From Paraspadella gotoi (Eukaryota; Animalia; Chaetognatha): a DNA stretch of 64,000 nucleotides. The position numbers were made by a program, and so were the translations under genes. The notes below the pieces were generated by a model. It ran no database searches, was not told where the DNA came from, and saw only the letters and a program-made list of their open reading frames with translations. The first letter of the stretch is position 1, and each line of letters opens with the position of its first letter. The DNA lies in NCBI GenBank assembly GCA_051294375.1, contig CM119263.1:16284532-16348531 (forward strand). The letters are read 5' to 3'. Of the stretch, positions 1 to 11,500 are shown in pieces.

Positions 1-748
1 CCGTGACAACATATTCACGATGTTCCTGCTTCATGTCATGTCCGTCCCTTCTCTCGTGCATCACATAGAAACCATAGCGCCGGACGCATTGAAGACTCTT
101 CTCGCTACGGGGAACTTCACAAAATCCCTTGATTTGCTCACTAATGATCAGGCAATTTTCAAAGAAGAGCAAGTATTCTAATGATTAATTTATAAATACA
201 ATTATACATGATTGAGTTTTCCTTTGGATGTTCATGAAAGTTAAAACACTTTTTTTATATCGTCGCAATCGCTTTGCGTTTGCGACAATATTGCTGTGGT
301 TTTGCACATAAGTGGCGTTGTCGTTTATATACAGCTTCTCATCATCGATGTGCTTAAAATTGAGTCTGGACAGTTATTAAATATGTTTTTTTTACGTTTT
401 ATCAAAACAAACAAATTTTTTTTCTTTTATTTTTATATTTCTTTCTCTCTCTCTTTTCTCTTTTAATTACATGTCTCTCTCCCTCTCTCTTTTCCCTATT
501 CACTGATTCATATCATAGACAACTTTAGGGAAAAGGAAAAAGGAGTCTGCAGCTGGCTCTGCAGGGGCTTATTCTTTTTCTCTCTTTTCTCCTGCTGCTG
601 CCTTTTGATTTTTTTCTCTGCAGCTGGTTCTGCAGGGCTCTTTCTTTTTCTCTCTTTTCTCTTGCTGCTTCTGCTGCTGCTTTTTATTTTTTTTTTTCTG
701 GGTGCCTCTGCTGCTGCCGCTGCTGATTCGTCTGAAAACGATTTGGCT

Positions 749-845
<97 letters not shown>

Positions 846-3800
846 ATCGCCATTTATTCCAAATTTACATCCGAGATTTTCGTGGATTTTTTTCCCTAAA
901 TATTCTAAATATCAATCGGAATAATATTTTTTTCAATATATATTTATTTTATTATTTTATTTTACTTTACTTCATTTTACTTCACTTTAGTCTTTACTTC
1001 ACTTCGTCAGTCTGATTCAAGTTTTACTTCGTCTTTTGTCTGGTAATGTGACAGTGTTTAGAGAGGTCGCATTCGATCAAACTGCTAAAAGTAAAACAAA
1101 AGTACCTTCAATAATGTCTATCCAGACTTAGCACTTGCTAAAAATTAAACTTGAAAAGAAGTTATTTTACTGTTTTATATTTATTATTCTTTTTTTTTTC
1201 TTTTTCTTTCTGTTTATAAACTAATTTTCTTTTCTCAAATTTGATTTTTTTAATATCAAAATTTGTCATCAATCCAGATTTTTCTTATGCGATTGCGACG
1301 ATCCTTATGCTTTTAAGATTTTTTTGCTCTACTTCAGAACACCCGCATCGTGTTTAACTCTTTAGAAGGCAACTACGCCCTCTGCCTCTTGGCCAACTTA
1401 GTGCATTTGGCGGACTTAGACAAGCCTGCCCTCCGTTTGCACCGAACGGCCTTCACGAATGTTGTTACCAAACTTCTTGAATCCTGCCGTAAATATGTAC
1501 TCCTAAAAAAGTCAAACCTGACTCATTGGCACCCTGTGTTGGGTTATTTTGCACAGTCAACTGATTCCGGCCTCCACGAGGTCATGCCATTTGTCAAACT
1601 CCAGCTGCAGCGTTTGTGGAGCCTGCCGATGATTAAAACTCTTTTCGAGCCTTTGTTTCAAAAGAGATCAGCAGTTGAGAAAAAAGAAAGGGTAAATGGC
1701 GCGGCTGCGGGCGGTAGCGCCATCGAAGGTTCATCAACCGAGCTTCCGCCGCCGCCCTCGTATCATCGCTTGTCGCCTCCTGGGGCGCGAGCCAAGGAAA
1801 CCAAAAATATCTTGAAAAAAGCCCTAGAGAAAGTCGAGGGGAAAGCCTCTTCTATTCGCGGTGGGTCAATATTGACTGGACAGCGAGGCGGCATTGCTCC
1901 AGACAAACTTGAATCCCCGGAATTGTATTCTCTGTGCGCTATTTGCGGCTTGTACCAGATGGCGCTGCTCACTTTGACTCAGATGCGCCTCGACATTCTT
2001 ACTGGTAAAAATGATAGGTTTTTATACAATTTTCAGTGTAGTCTTGTATACTTCGTTTTCGCCCAGGATTGTGTGCTCAGGACATTTTGTTGCCCTTGTT
2101 GTGGGAGTATGTCAACAACTTGGGTCCTTCTTGTGGAATCAAAACTTTGCTCGATCTTCTAAGTCAAAGCCCCAACAATGCAAAGGTATGCATATGGAAT
2201 TCTTTAATTATGAGAAAATATACTTTATTCGTCGTCTTCAATTCCTTTAACCGGTTATTGCCTCCAGTTGCCCGTATTTCAACTGTTGATGCTATTTTGT
2301 GACTGCGCTTCGCACGTTATCACCATTGTGGATGACATCGAGTTGTACGAACAGAATAAACCTTTTTCCTGTAAGTTCGTTATTTATGAATTGTTAGTTG
2401 CGCTGCGAGTACTCTCAGAGAAACTCTATAACTAGTAAATACGTCGGTATGTCTTTCTGTGGGCTTGTTGCCCTTACGTTTTAAATGCTCACAATTTTAA
2501 TCTTTTTAAATAAAATTTTGTAGAAGCCATATATAATAGATGATGCATATTTTGGAAAGAGAGAAAGAAAGAGAAAGATAAGTTTATTATCATAATAAAT
2601 GTACAGAGAAGCGCTGGTGGAAGAAAATGATAGAAAGAGAAAGCAGGGAAGAACGAGGTCGCCTCCTGCCTCCTTCAAATTTTTGAGGGTCATACCCAAT
2701 ACAAGTTTCCATAAGTTTTCGCGATGAACCTTTGTTTGTTGTTTACAGGCGATAGTCTTGTGGCCATTAGTTCTTTCCTCAACGTCTTCGTGTTTCGCCT
2801 GATTTGGAATCAGTTGTTGGAAGTGTCAGACCCCCTCTTCACATCTACCTACCTCCTTCTTATGCACGTGTACGACCGCGACTGTCGTCGCCGTTTCGCA
2901 CGCCCCCACCACTGGCTCATCAAGGAAATAAAGCCCGTTGCGTTCATCGCCGACCTGGAAAAGGGCAAAAAGCATGCCAAAACAGTTTTGCAGCACGTTC
3001 CTCACGTCGTGCCGCACAAGGACGTAAGGACCATTGTTATTGTCTGATTCTGTTAGGACTTTCCCAACCTTTATCTTCTATCTTGTCTCTTTTTTCAACT
3101 TAGAGAGTAGTTCTTTTCCGCAAACATGTTTACAACGAGAAGTCGTCTCTCGGTCTCTTGGCACATCACGAATCTGGCTCACCGCCGCCTTCTACTCTTA
3201 TAAGTGTTCACAGGTAGTTTTTTTAGTTCTAGTTCGTTTCGAAACATTAAGGTATTTTCAGAAAATTACATTTATCAGATCACGTCTCATTGAAGATGGG
3301 TATCGCCAATTGGCAGCTCTTCCTAACCAAAGTCTCAAGGGAGTCATTAGAGTTAAATTTATCAATGAACAGGTTCGAAGCCACGTTTTTTATAGTCTCC
3401 CTTATAGCCTATCTTTTCAGTTTTCGATGCGATTTAACTTTAGGGTCTTGATGAGGCGGGGATCGATCAGGACGGCGTATTCAAAGAATTTCTGGAAGAA
3501 ACCATTAAAAGAGTTTTCGATCCTTCGCTTAACCTCTTCCGGATTACGAACAATCAAAAGCTTTACCCGTCTACTACATCCCATTTACAGGTGAGCGCGA
3601 TTGATGATTGCCAAAAATAAACGGTGGATCTATTTTCCAGCTTATGTGCTATCGGGGATGTTAGTCATACATTATGGCGGTATATTCACAACGCCTTAAA
3701 TCCATCATCGTTCAGCCAATCCCATTGGCTCGGGGGGGGACGCACCATCCCAAGCGTTACGTTCCATCAACACTCCTAACAACTTCCCTCTGCGAGACAG

Positions 3801-5352
3801 TCCAAGGGTAACCGCGCCAGTGACAGAAGGCGTCACTGAGGGTGGGAAGCCCCCAAAGCCAACAGTGAGATGCCCCATCCCAATGGGCATCACAGTCAAC
3901 CCAGCTGTTGCCATAACATACTTTTTTTTATTTTAAGTGCCACAAATTTCCTTCGCAGGACAATCACCTCCTCCTTTTTGAGTTTGTCGGAAAAATGCTG
4001 GCAAAGGCCGTCTACGAAGGTATCGTTGTTGACGTTCCATTTGCCACCTTCTTTCTTACGCAAGTTATGGGTCGACATAGATCGCATGGCTTTGGTCAAA
4101 ACTACAGGTGATTATGTGGTTGGTCGCATTCCTATGACGACTTGACGAGAACTGTTTTATTGCAGTTAAAGAGCTATAAGTGGTCTTGAGTCATGATCCG
4201 TATTCTAGTAATGTTTTATAGTTCCATCGACGAATTACCTTCTCTGGATCCGGAACTGTACAAATCCTTATCGTTCGTTAAACATTATGAGGGCGACGTG
4301 GAGGACCTCGACCTGACTTTTTCCTACGACGAAGATCTCATGGGTCGACTTGTCACCCACGAACTTATGGCCGGTGGAAAGTCGATCCCTGTCAACAACG
4401 CAAATAAGTGGGTTCCGACGTTGCTGTTTCTTTTCCCTCACTTTCTGTCAACTATCTCGCGTTACAGAATCAGCTACGTTCACCGAATGGCCGACTTTCG
4501 AATGCGGGTGCAGATTCGCGATCAAACTAACGCTTTCGTTCGCGGCTTCAAGTCCCTCATTAACCCCGAGTGGCTAGAGATGTTCTCGGCGCCGGAGCTG
4601 CAGAAGCTAGTATCCGGAGATGCCGACGGTCTTGACATAGACGATCTCAAGTGAGATTCACGTTTTATGCCATTTCTTTAGAATAATAAAAAACATTATT
4701 TACTTATGTATCCAGAAAACATACTCAATATTACGGCGGATTTCATGGAAATCACCGGGTCGTTCAGTGGCTCTGGGAAATTTTGGAAGAAGATTTTAAC
4801 GCCGAAGAAAAAGTATTATAAATTGTTTAGATTAATTTTTCCCCCGTCTTTCATTTATTTACTGAACTATACTAAATCATGTTATATAGAAGGCTGTATA
4901 GTATATATGGATACATAATTACATATTGTTCTGAATAATTCTCAACATTTTCCTCCCAACGTTTTCCTCCTAGGCACTTTTTCTAAAATTCGTGACTTCT
5001 TGTTCGAAGCCTCCTTTGTTAGGGTTTGCCCATCTCGAACCCTCGTTTTCTATTCGGTGCGTCGAAGTCAGCGACGACCAGGTGAGGTTCCAGGAGGAAC
5101 ATTGGGCTTTCGCGTCGTACGCACTAACTGCTGAATAATCACCTCCAAATGACTTAGGACACGGGAGATACGTTGGGAAGCGTCATCAAAGGGTTCTTCC
5201 ATATCCGTGGACGGCGCGAGCCCGTCGGACGGCTCCCGACGTCGTCGACATGCTTTAACCTCCTCAAACTGCCTAACTACTCTAAAAAAGCAACGTTACG
5301 AGAGAAGCTTCGTTACGCGATAAATAGCAACACGGGCTTTGAGCTCTCATGA
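1..5352 (+). CDS. UBE3B: HECT-type E3 ubiquitin-protein ligase E3B, 5'-truncated by the window edge, 14 exons visible
   Basis: Phase-consistent exons: <2-151, 1338-2004, 2067-2185, 2268-2370, 2749-3023, 3104-3213, 3279-3372, 3444-3590, 3959-4107, 4222-4407, 4468-4650, 4716-4812, 4974-5081, 5158-5352 (TGA). Spliced peptide has [65 protein letters not shown] and ends [40 protein letters not shown] (HECT catalytic Cys, UBE3B-type C-terminus). Confidence 0.95.
259..1325 (+). mobile_element. Non-autonomous Helentron/DINE-1 (HINE)-like element in UBE3B intron 1 (family R1, full copy)
   Basis: 14-nt subterminal inverted repeats ATCGTCGCAATCGC (259-272) and GCGATTGCGACGAT (1289-1302). A partial inverted copy follows the left one; a short hairpin ATC(C)TTA...TAAGAT follows the right one. 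T-runs at both ends, no TSD seen, internal (CT)n microsatellite. Same family recurs at ~24905-25435, 32753, 48839-49941 and 50791-52649. Confidence 0.7.
748..841. repeat. (CT)n/(AG)n microsatellite inside the R1 element
   Basis: Nearly perfect CT dinucleotide run; source of the spurious poly-RE and poly-SL ORFs. Confidence 0.95.
3673..3915. repeat. ~240-nt GC-rich dispersed repeat with several hairpins (family R2, copy 1, UBE3B intron)
   Basis: Homologous to 8122-8355 (shared TATATTCACA.CGCC, CATCGTTCAGCCAATCCCATTGGCTC, ACTTCCCTCTGCG, GGGTAACCGCGC, GCTGTTGCCA). Confidence 0.75.
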
Positions 5353-5850
5353 ATTGTTGCTTCTTTTCTTGCCAAGCAATTTGATCTAGTCGTAAAAATG
5401 CGCAAAATCGTCTGAGGCCCGATCATATTATAAACGTTTTTAAATGTTTTTCTTATGTCTTTTTGATTTATCTACTTAATTAGCCATTGTCATTTGACAC
5501 CCCAGAGATATCTAGATCTGAAAACTATAAAGAACACATTTAAAAAGTTTGCCAAAATAAGAGTTCTCATTGACAATTTTAAATAAAATGTAGTGAACTA
5601 ATTATCATCTCAAACTACACACAATATATCTAGACACAACATATCTACGTAGAACAGCTACATTGTTATAAAAGATTATTTAAAATGGATGGAAAATAAA
5701 TATTTTACTTATCAGCTAAACCATGCGAACCATGATTTTCAAATTCATTTCGTCGACTTTTTACAGCCATAAATTTTGGTTTACAAGGTGATACACGACT
5801 GAAAATTTTTTTCTGTAGTAAAAACTTAAATCATTTATATATCCAAATTT

Positions 5851-6526
5851 TATATTGATTGGTTTTGATTTGACCTGACAATGAGCGGAGCAAAGTTGCC
5901 TTCAAAATCGTGTTTCATTTTTTTTCTTCAATCTGTTTGTCTAACTTTTTAAACAGGTATAAATATTAATATCTTCTGAAAGCTCTTAAAAATATAAAGA
6001 GAATGGCATAATTAAAAATACTGTAATATAAAAATTAACCTATCCAGCTTTAAATAAGAAAAGGTAATCAAAACTAAGATAATTATTAATTTAAAAATTC
6101 TTAAAGAGCAATTTTGGAATAATTATTAAATTATTGATAGCCATTTTAATTTAGTTTTTCTTAAGCTTTTTTCTGATACCTATAAAAACAATAATTCATG
6201 AATACATTATAATGAAAATAGCTCAGATATTTGAAAAAATATATTTTAGGATTTTATTATTTCAATTTAGATTATCTTGATTAAACTGAAGCTGGTTAGG
6301 CTTATTTTCATGTTACAATATTCTTAAATATGTCATTTTCTTCAAATTTTCAAGAGCTTTCAGAAGATATTAATCTTGATATCTTTTTATGTAAAAGTTA
6401 TTAAAAAAATTTTCATAAAGTTAGACAAAAAGATTGAAAAAAAACGACTTGTTTTAAAATGAAAGACGATTTTTAAAGCAACTTTTTCCCGATCATTGCC
6501 AAGTCAAATCATAACCAATCAATAAA
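5851..6526. mobile_element. Degenerate foldback/MITE-like element upstream of the lipase gene
   Basis: Long imperfect inverted arms: ATTGATTGGTTTTGATTTGAC...ATTAATATCTTCTGAAAGCTCTT (~5853-5987) versus AAGAGCTTTCAGAAGATATTAAT...GTCAAATCATAACCAATCAAT (~6352-6523). Confidence 0.65.
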
Positions 6527-6579
6527 TGTACTTGTATTACAAATGAATGTCTATTTTAATAGATAAGGGTTAAACGTCG

Positions 6580-7782
6580 ATGCAGACCGATAACGTGGCA
6601 ATGTTTTCAAAAAAGAGCGCGCTTCTTTTCGCTGCATTGGCCATGGTTGCTTTCCTGCTGTACGAGCCAATGCCCCAAGACGTCGCCGATCCTTTAACTA
6701 TTTGGCTTACGGCCAAAATCCGCGACCTCGTTCGAACCTTTAACCGTATAAGAGGTCGGGCCGAGTTTGAAATGGATTTGCTCGAAGCGTTGCACTCCCC
6801 GGTGGGCGACGACCCTGATATCAAAGTTTACGACCACCTCGATGGTCCCGTCAAACTTCGCGTCTATGAGCCTCGACGACGAACCTCTGGCGTACCTGGT
6901 CCCGCCGTGATCTTCGTTCACGGGGGCGGTTTCGTGCTCGGTAGCACTCTCTCTTATGATCTAACCGTCCTAAATCTTGCCAAACGCCTCCAAATGATTG
7001 TATTTTCGGTGGAATATCGTAAAGCGCCTCGATTCGTGTTTCCAGCTCAGATTGAAGACGTTGAAGCAGCCACTCACTATGTCATTGACAACGCCTCCTT
7101 CTTTAGAATCGACTCGAAGCGAGTGGGCCTCATGGGCGACAGTGCTGGCGGTGCCCTGACCGCCACCGTGGCCATAAAAATGCGACCGACCGATCCGGCG
7201 CGTCGTCATCCTTTGGCGCTGATTGTGCTGATTTACCCGGGCGTGCAGTGTTTCAATTTTCAGAGTCCCGCATACTACGCACCCTCGACTCAATCTTTTC
7301 TTCGTGCCCTGGATGTCGGCAAGTTTCTCTCTCTTTATTTGACGGGGAGCGACAGGCATGCATCGACGATAATCGGAAATATGCATACCTCGCCCGAGAC
7401 GAAGCGCGGACCCGGGCGTATCGCCTTCAAGACTTCCTCAATCCCCGAAAATCTTAGGCCAAAGACATTCTCGCCACCCTCGATGGACGTGGGATCCGAC
7501 GTGGAAGAGTTGCGCGCCGTGACCGATTGGAGAGTGTCGCCTCTGATCGCCGACTTATCTCATCTTCCCAAAACTATGGTCGTCGCCGCCCAGCATGATA
7601 TTCTGCGGGATGACTCCTTTCTATTTCACGATCGTCTGAAAGAAAGCGGCGTAGAGTCTACGTTAAAATTCTATCCACGGGCCTATCACGGAATTATTTG
7701 GTTGTCGAACATGATTCCGAGGAGCGATTTGGCCCACCAGATATTGGATGATGTTAGCAATTATATTATCGAAAGACTGTAA
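6580..7782 (+). CDS. Arylacetamide deacetylase / neutral cholesterol ester hydrolase-like GDXG (HSL-family) alpha/beta hydrolase, single exon
   Basis: 400-aa uninterrupted ORF. Likely start is ATG 6601, giving a signal anchor MFSKKSALLFAALAMVAFLLYEPMP like animal AADAC. Has the HGGG oxyanion motif, nucleophile GDSAG, LIYP..Q, HDILRDD (Asp) and YHG (His). Confidence 0.92.
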   Translation: MQTDNVAMFSKKSALLFAALAMVAFLLYEPMPQDVADPLTIWLTAKIRDLVRTFNRIRGRAEFEMDLLEALHSPVGDDPDIKVYDHLDGPVKLRVYEPRRRTSGVPGPAVIFVHGGGFVLGSTLSYDLTVLNLAKRLQMIVFSVEYRKAPRFVFPAQIEDVEAATHYVIDNASFFRIDSKRVGLMGDSAGGALTATVAIKMRPTDPARRHPLALIVLIYPGVQCFNFQSPAYYAPSTQSFLRALDVGKFLSLYLTGSDRHASTIIGNMHTSPETKRGPGRIAFKTSSIPENLRPKTFSPPSMDVGSDVEELRAVTDWRVSPLIADLSHLPKTMVVAAQHDILRDDSFLFHDRLKESGVESTLKFYPRAYHGIIWLSNMIPRSDLAHQILDDVSNYIIERL

Positions 7783-8121
7783 CTTGGATTTAACAAAATT
7801 AAAAAAAAAAAAAAAAAAAAATTATCTAAATTAACTTGGATGCTAATTTACAACCTAAATTTGGGCGACATTAAATAATTTAATTGGTTCGTATTTATAT
7901 CACGTCTTAATTCTTTTGAGATTTTAATTACCATGACTTGATTTTTGATCATTTACACAATGAAATTAAAAGCTAGTGTTGTTATCTTTATAATTTTTGG
8001 TTATCGATTATTTTTTTTATTTAGATTTTTGAATTCTTATAAAGACAATTTGCATGGAAGATTTGATAATGAACTTATATATTTTTCCCCGATTTTTATC
8101 TTGAATTGCTTTATGTGATAG

Positions 8122-8355
8122 GTGTTGCGCTATATTCACACCGCCTCACATCACCATCGTTCAGCCAATCCCATTGGCTCAGAGGGGGAACAAACCATCC
8201 AAAGCGTAACGTTCCATCCACAGTCCTAACGACTTCCCTCTGCGTTGGCAAAGCGAGACCGTCCTAGGGTAACCGCGCTTGTGGCAGGCGGCGCCATTAA
8301 GGGTCGGAAGACACTAAAGCCAATGGGCATCGCAGGCAACTCGGCTGTTGCCAAA
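8122..8355. repeat. Family R2 repeat, copy 2, ~190 nt upstream of the Schlafen-like ATG
   Basis: Diverged homolog of 3673-3915 in the same orientation. Confidence 0.7.
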
Positions 8356-8541
8356 TAGGCTTCTTTCTTTCATATGACTAAATGAGTTTATAAGGTTTTT
8401 TGAAGAAATGATGAAATTTTTTAAAGTATGCTTTTTAGGCCGATAATTTTGACCTTCTCGATGCTAGCAACTTCTGATCTTTTTTAACCTGCTTATCTAA
8501 AAAAATTTTGAATGACGCGTTAATTACCGTTTCTATCAATA

Positions 8542-11500
8542 ATGGTGCCTGAGCAAAACTATTATCCTCGCCTGGAGTCCGGCTACGACACTGGCAAGGA
8601 GGAAGAGTACGAATATTTTCGCCCAAGGTCCGTTAAAATTATTCGCAAAGGCTCCCAGTTTGCATCTGTTGAAAGGCAACATCCGGAGCAAGTGAGCCCT
8701 CTGCCGAGAGATGATCAGGAACCAGAAAGTCATGCTCGATTGCAATCTGGACATGGGTTTTACGCTAAAACCGCACCAAAGACAGTCGCGCCACTTTGCA
8801 TGGATGAAACTGAAACTAATAGATTATTATTAAAAGCTGAGCTCGTGGAAGAAAGCGCTTCTCAGCCTCCACCGATCGAAAAAAACAAAGGGGAAGAAAA
8901 GCTCAAACGGGCCAGCGGGAGACGTCCGTGGATTCTCGACTCGGTTGTCGAGGCCCCAGAGTCTCTAAACGAATTCTGTCCATCGCTGACATTAGACCAG
9001 ATTGACGCTAAGATTGAATTTAGCGTCGCGCCTATCATCGCCGGATTTCTTAACGCTCGCCTTGATGGCTCCGTGATTTTCGGGTGCTACGGGGTCTTTC
9101 AACGTCTCGTGAAAGGAATCGCCTATGACTGCCTCGCTCAAGAGCAGGATTTTAAGGCGAGTCTTCGTTACTATTTCCTTGATTCGAGGATTTTAGGAGG
9201 CTTCCAGAATTGAACCAATTTTATTTTAATCCTTGTAAACAACAACGTTCACAAACTTGATGAACCTAGAGATGGTAAATTTTCTACGTTCTGAAAAAGG
9301 TGAAGGCTTTGGCGCGTCTTCGTCGAGCTTTTGGTGAGGCCCAATCTTCATTTGAGGACTTTGTCTCCGTCGAATTCTGTCCCGTGTTTCCGCCTCCAAG
9401 CTCCGGTACACATTCCTTTCAAGCCGAAGACGAATCGGTGAAGAATCTCGCGGTTGTCGAGTTTCGGGTCAACGGTGGCGCGAACTCGAACGTCTTCAGA
9501 TTGAAAACGTGGAAAAGGCATGGAAGGTTAGCAATTGCGATTGATAGGTTTTCAATCTGTTGAATTGATTACTTGAATTTTGGATTCCCCAGTAAATTTT
9601 AATTGTATTCTGCTTCGGTGTTAGAACTATCAACGGCTTCCCGTGGCGTCGTGTTACGCCAGAAAACTCAGCTTTCACTCATTGGTTTGAAACGGAGGAG
9701 GATATTCTAAGGTCGAGAGAGTGTGGCCGACGCAACCAGAAAGAGGTATCACATTCGATTGATCTTCTTTTTGTTCAGAAGGTTAGCAACTGATCACTGC
9801 TTTTTGATCAATATCTTCCCTAAAGATGCGCGCTTTGGAAAAACGAATCCATCAGGTCTGCGTCCCTGACGCGCCGCCAGCCGTGTCAGCCCCCGGACCC
9901 ACCGAAACGTCACCAATTTCGCAGACACGACGCCCTATTCCGATGCAGTTCTTCGTCCACGGGGATCCCTCTCCGTTTTTTAACAATCAAACTACCATAG
10001 TTCATCGAGAAGTAGGTGTCGCAATCAGCTTTGAATTTTTAGTCAGTTTTTTTCCGTGACACTTTGGCTTGCGTTGGTCTGTCATGGTGGGAAAAAAAAA
10101 TTGTCGCGTTTTGGTTAATTTCATTGTCAAATATATTTTTTGGCCGGTAAATAAGTTTTAATATGACTTTCCTAGGACTGAATATAAAAATTATTTCTTA
10201 ACAGCATAAAATGATTTAATACATCCAAATACTTCCAAAAGAGGTTGTTTCCAACTGTTTTCATATTTTTTTAATCAAAAGGATTATATTATTGTTAATA
10301 TTATATCTCTGACATGATATTTTTTATCAGATTTAGAGCAAAAAATTGTTTTTGGCAAGCAGTGAAAAAGATTGATCCCCTATAAAGAAAACTAAGCTTT
10401 TTTTACTTCAACAAAATCTTTGATTTTTTTTTATTTGGACTTGTTTGATACTTGGTTCTGATAATGCATCCAGAGGTAAATAAAAATGATAACTTTGCTC
10501 TCAGAATATTCTGGAGCATTTATGACACAATGAAAAATGGCGTAACGTTACTGTTCCGTGCATAAAAAAAATTCACTGTTCAATATTATTATATTTCTTT
10601 TTATTTTTTGAAACGTTATAGTTTCATATGTTGATATCCAAAATATCAATGCAAAATCTTTTTTTGTTTTTTAGATATGACTGAATATAGGGTGAAAGAT
10701 GATAAATTTTTTTAAAAAGTTACTTATTCATATTTATTCATAGAATTGTAATATTGTAATTGTACCAGTTTCATAAAAAATAATAGTACTAATAGTTAGT
10801 GTTTGTTCAATAGATGGAAAAAAACCTCATTTAAAAATTCGATCGGGAAGTGGGGTAACTAAGGCTTACCAATGGCATCCTCCACGCCGATTGTTCTCTC
10901 AAATAATTTTTTTTATTTAATACATTTGAAAGGAAAAAAAAGAAAATTTGGAATGCAGGTTGCAGAAAGGGTACAGATAATCTGGACTTATTGACATGAT
11001 AACCATAACCTTTTATATCTTGTGAAATGGGGGCAATAAAAAAATCTAAAAAATTTTATCATTAAGTCAGTCAATGAAACCTTTCCAATGGGCTATTACG
11101 AGAAATATTTTTTCTTAATTAAAATGGATAATAAATAATAGAATTAAATTCCTTGCTATATTTAAAAAAAATTATCAATACAATTTAACACAATGATGTT
11201 TGCTTTGTCAAATATGTTACCAGCTATAAAATTTTTTACAACTTTATTATGATAAACAAGCAGTGTGTCAAGCTTTTAGTTTGCAGCTAAAGATAATGAA
11301 AAATGACGATTTTTTTTTTCACAGACAAGAAGGTAAGATGTCCATATCTTTTATATCAAGCTGAAAAAATTTTATATTATCATTTTTAATATTTAAAATA
11401 CATTTTATCAAGCTACAATAGAAATTTTTGCTTGTTTTTTACTTTAACTGAAAAATATAAGCAATTTTATGGAATAAAGAAAATTTAATAATAAACAAAA

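Noticed and set aside
569-1015. ORFs with poly-RE / poly-SL tracts
   Set aside because: Translations of the (CT)n microsatellite inside the R1 element in UBE3B intron 1.
4408-4467. In-frame stop-free 60-nt segment read through by ORF 4193-4654
   Set aside because: Has GT...AG ends and interrupts the conserved HECT sequence NK-ISYVH; an ordinary short intron.
6580-7782. Intronless esterase as a bacterial horizontal transfer
   Set aside because: N-terminal signal anchor plus Y.P.P and the LIYP..Q...P.Y region match animal AADAC/NCEH1 rather than bacterial HSL-family esterases.
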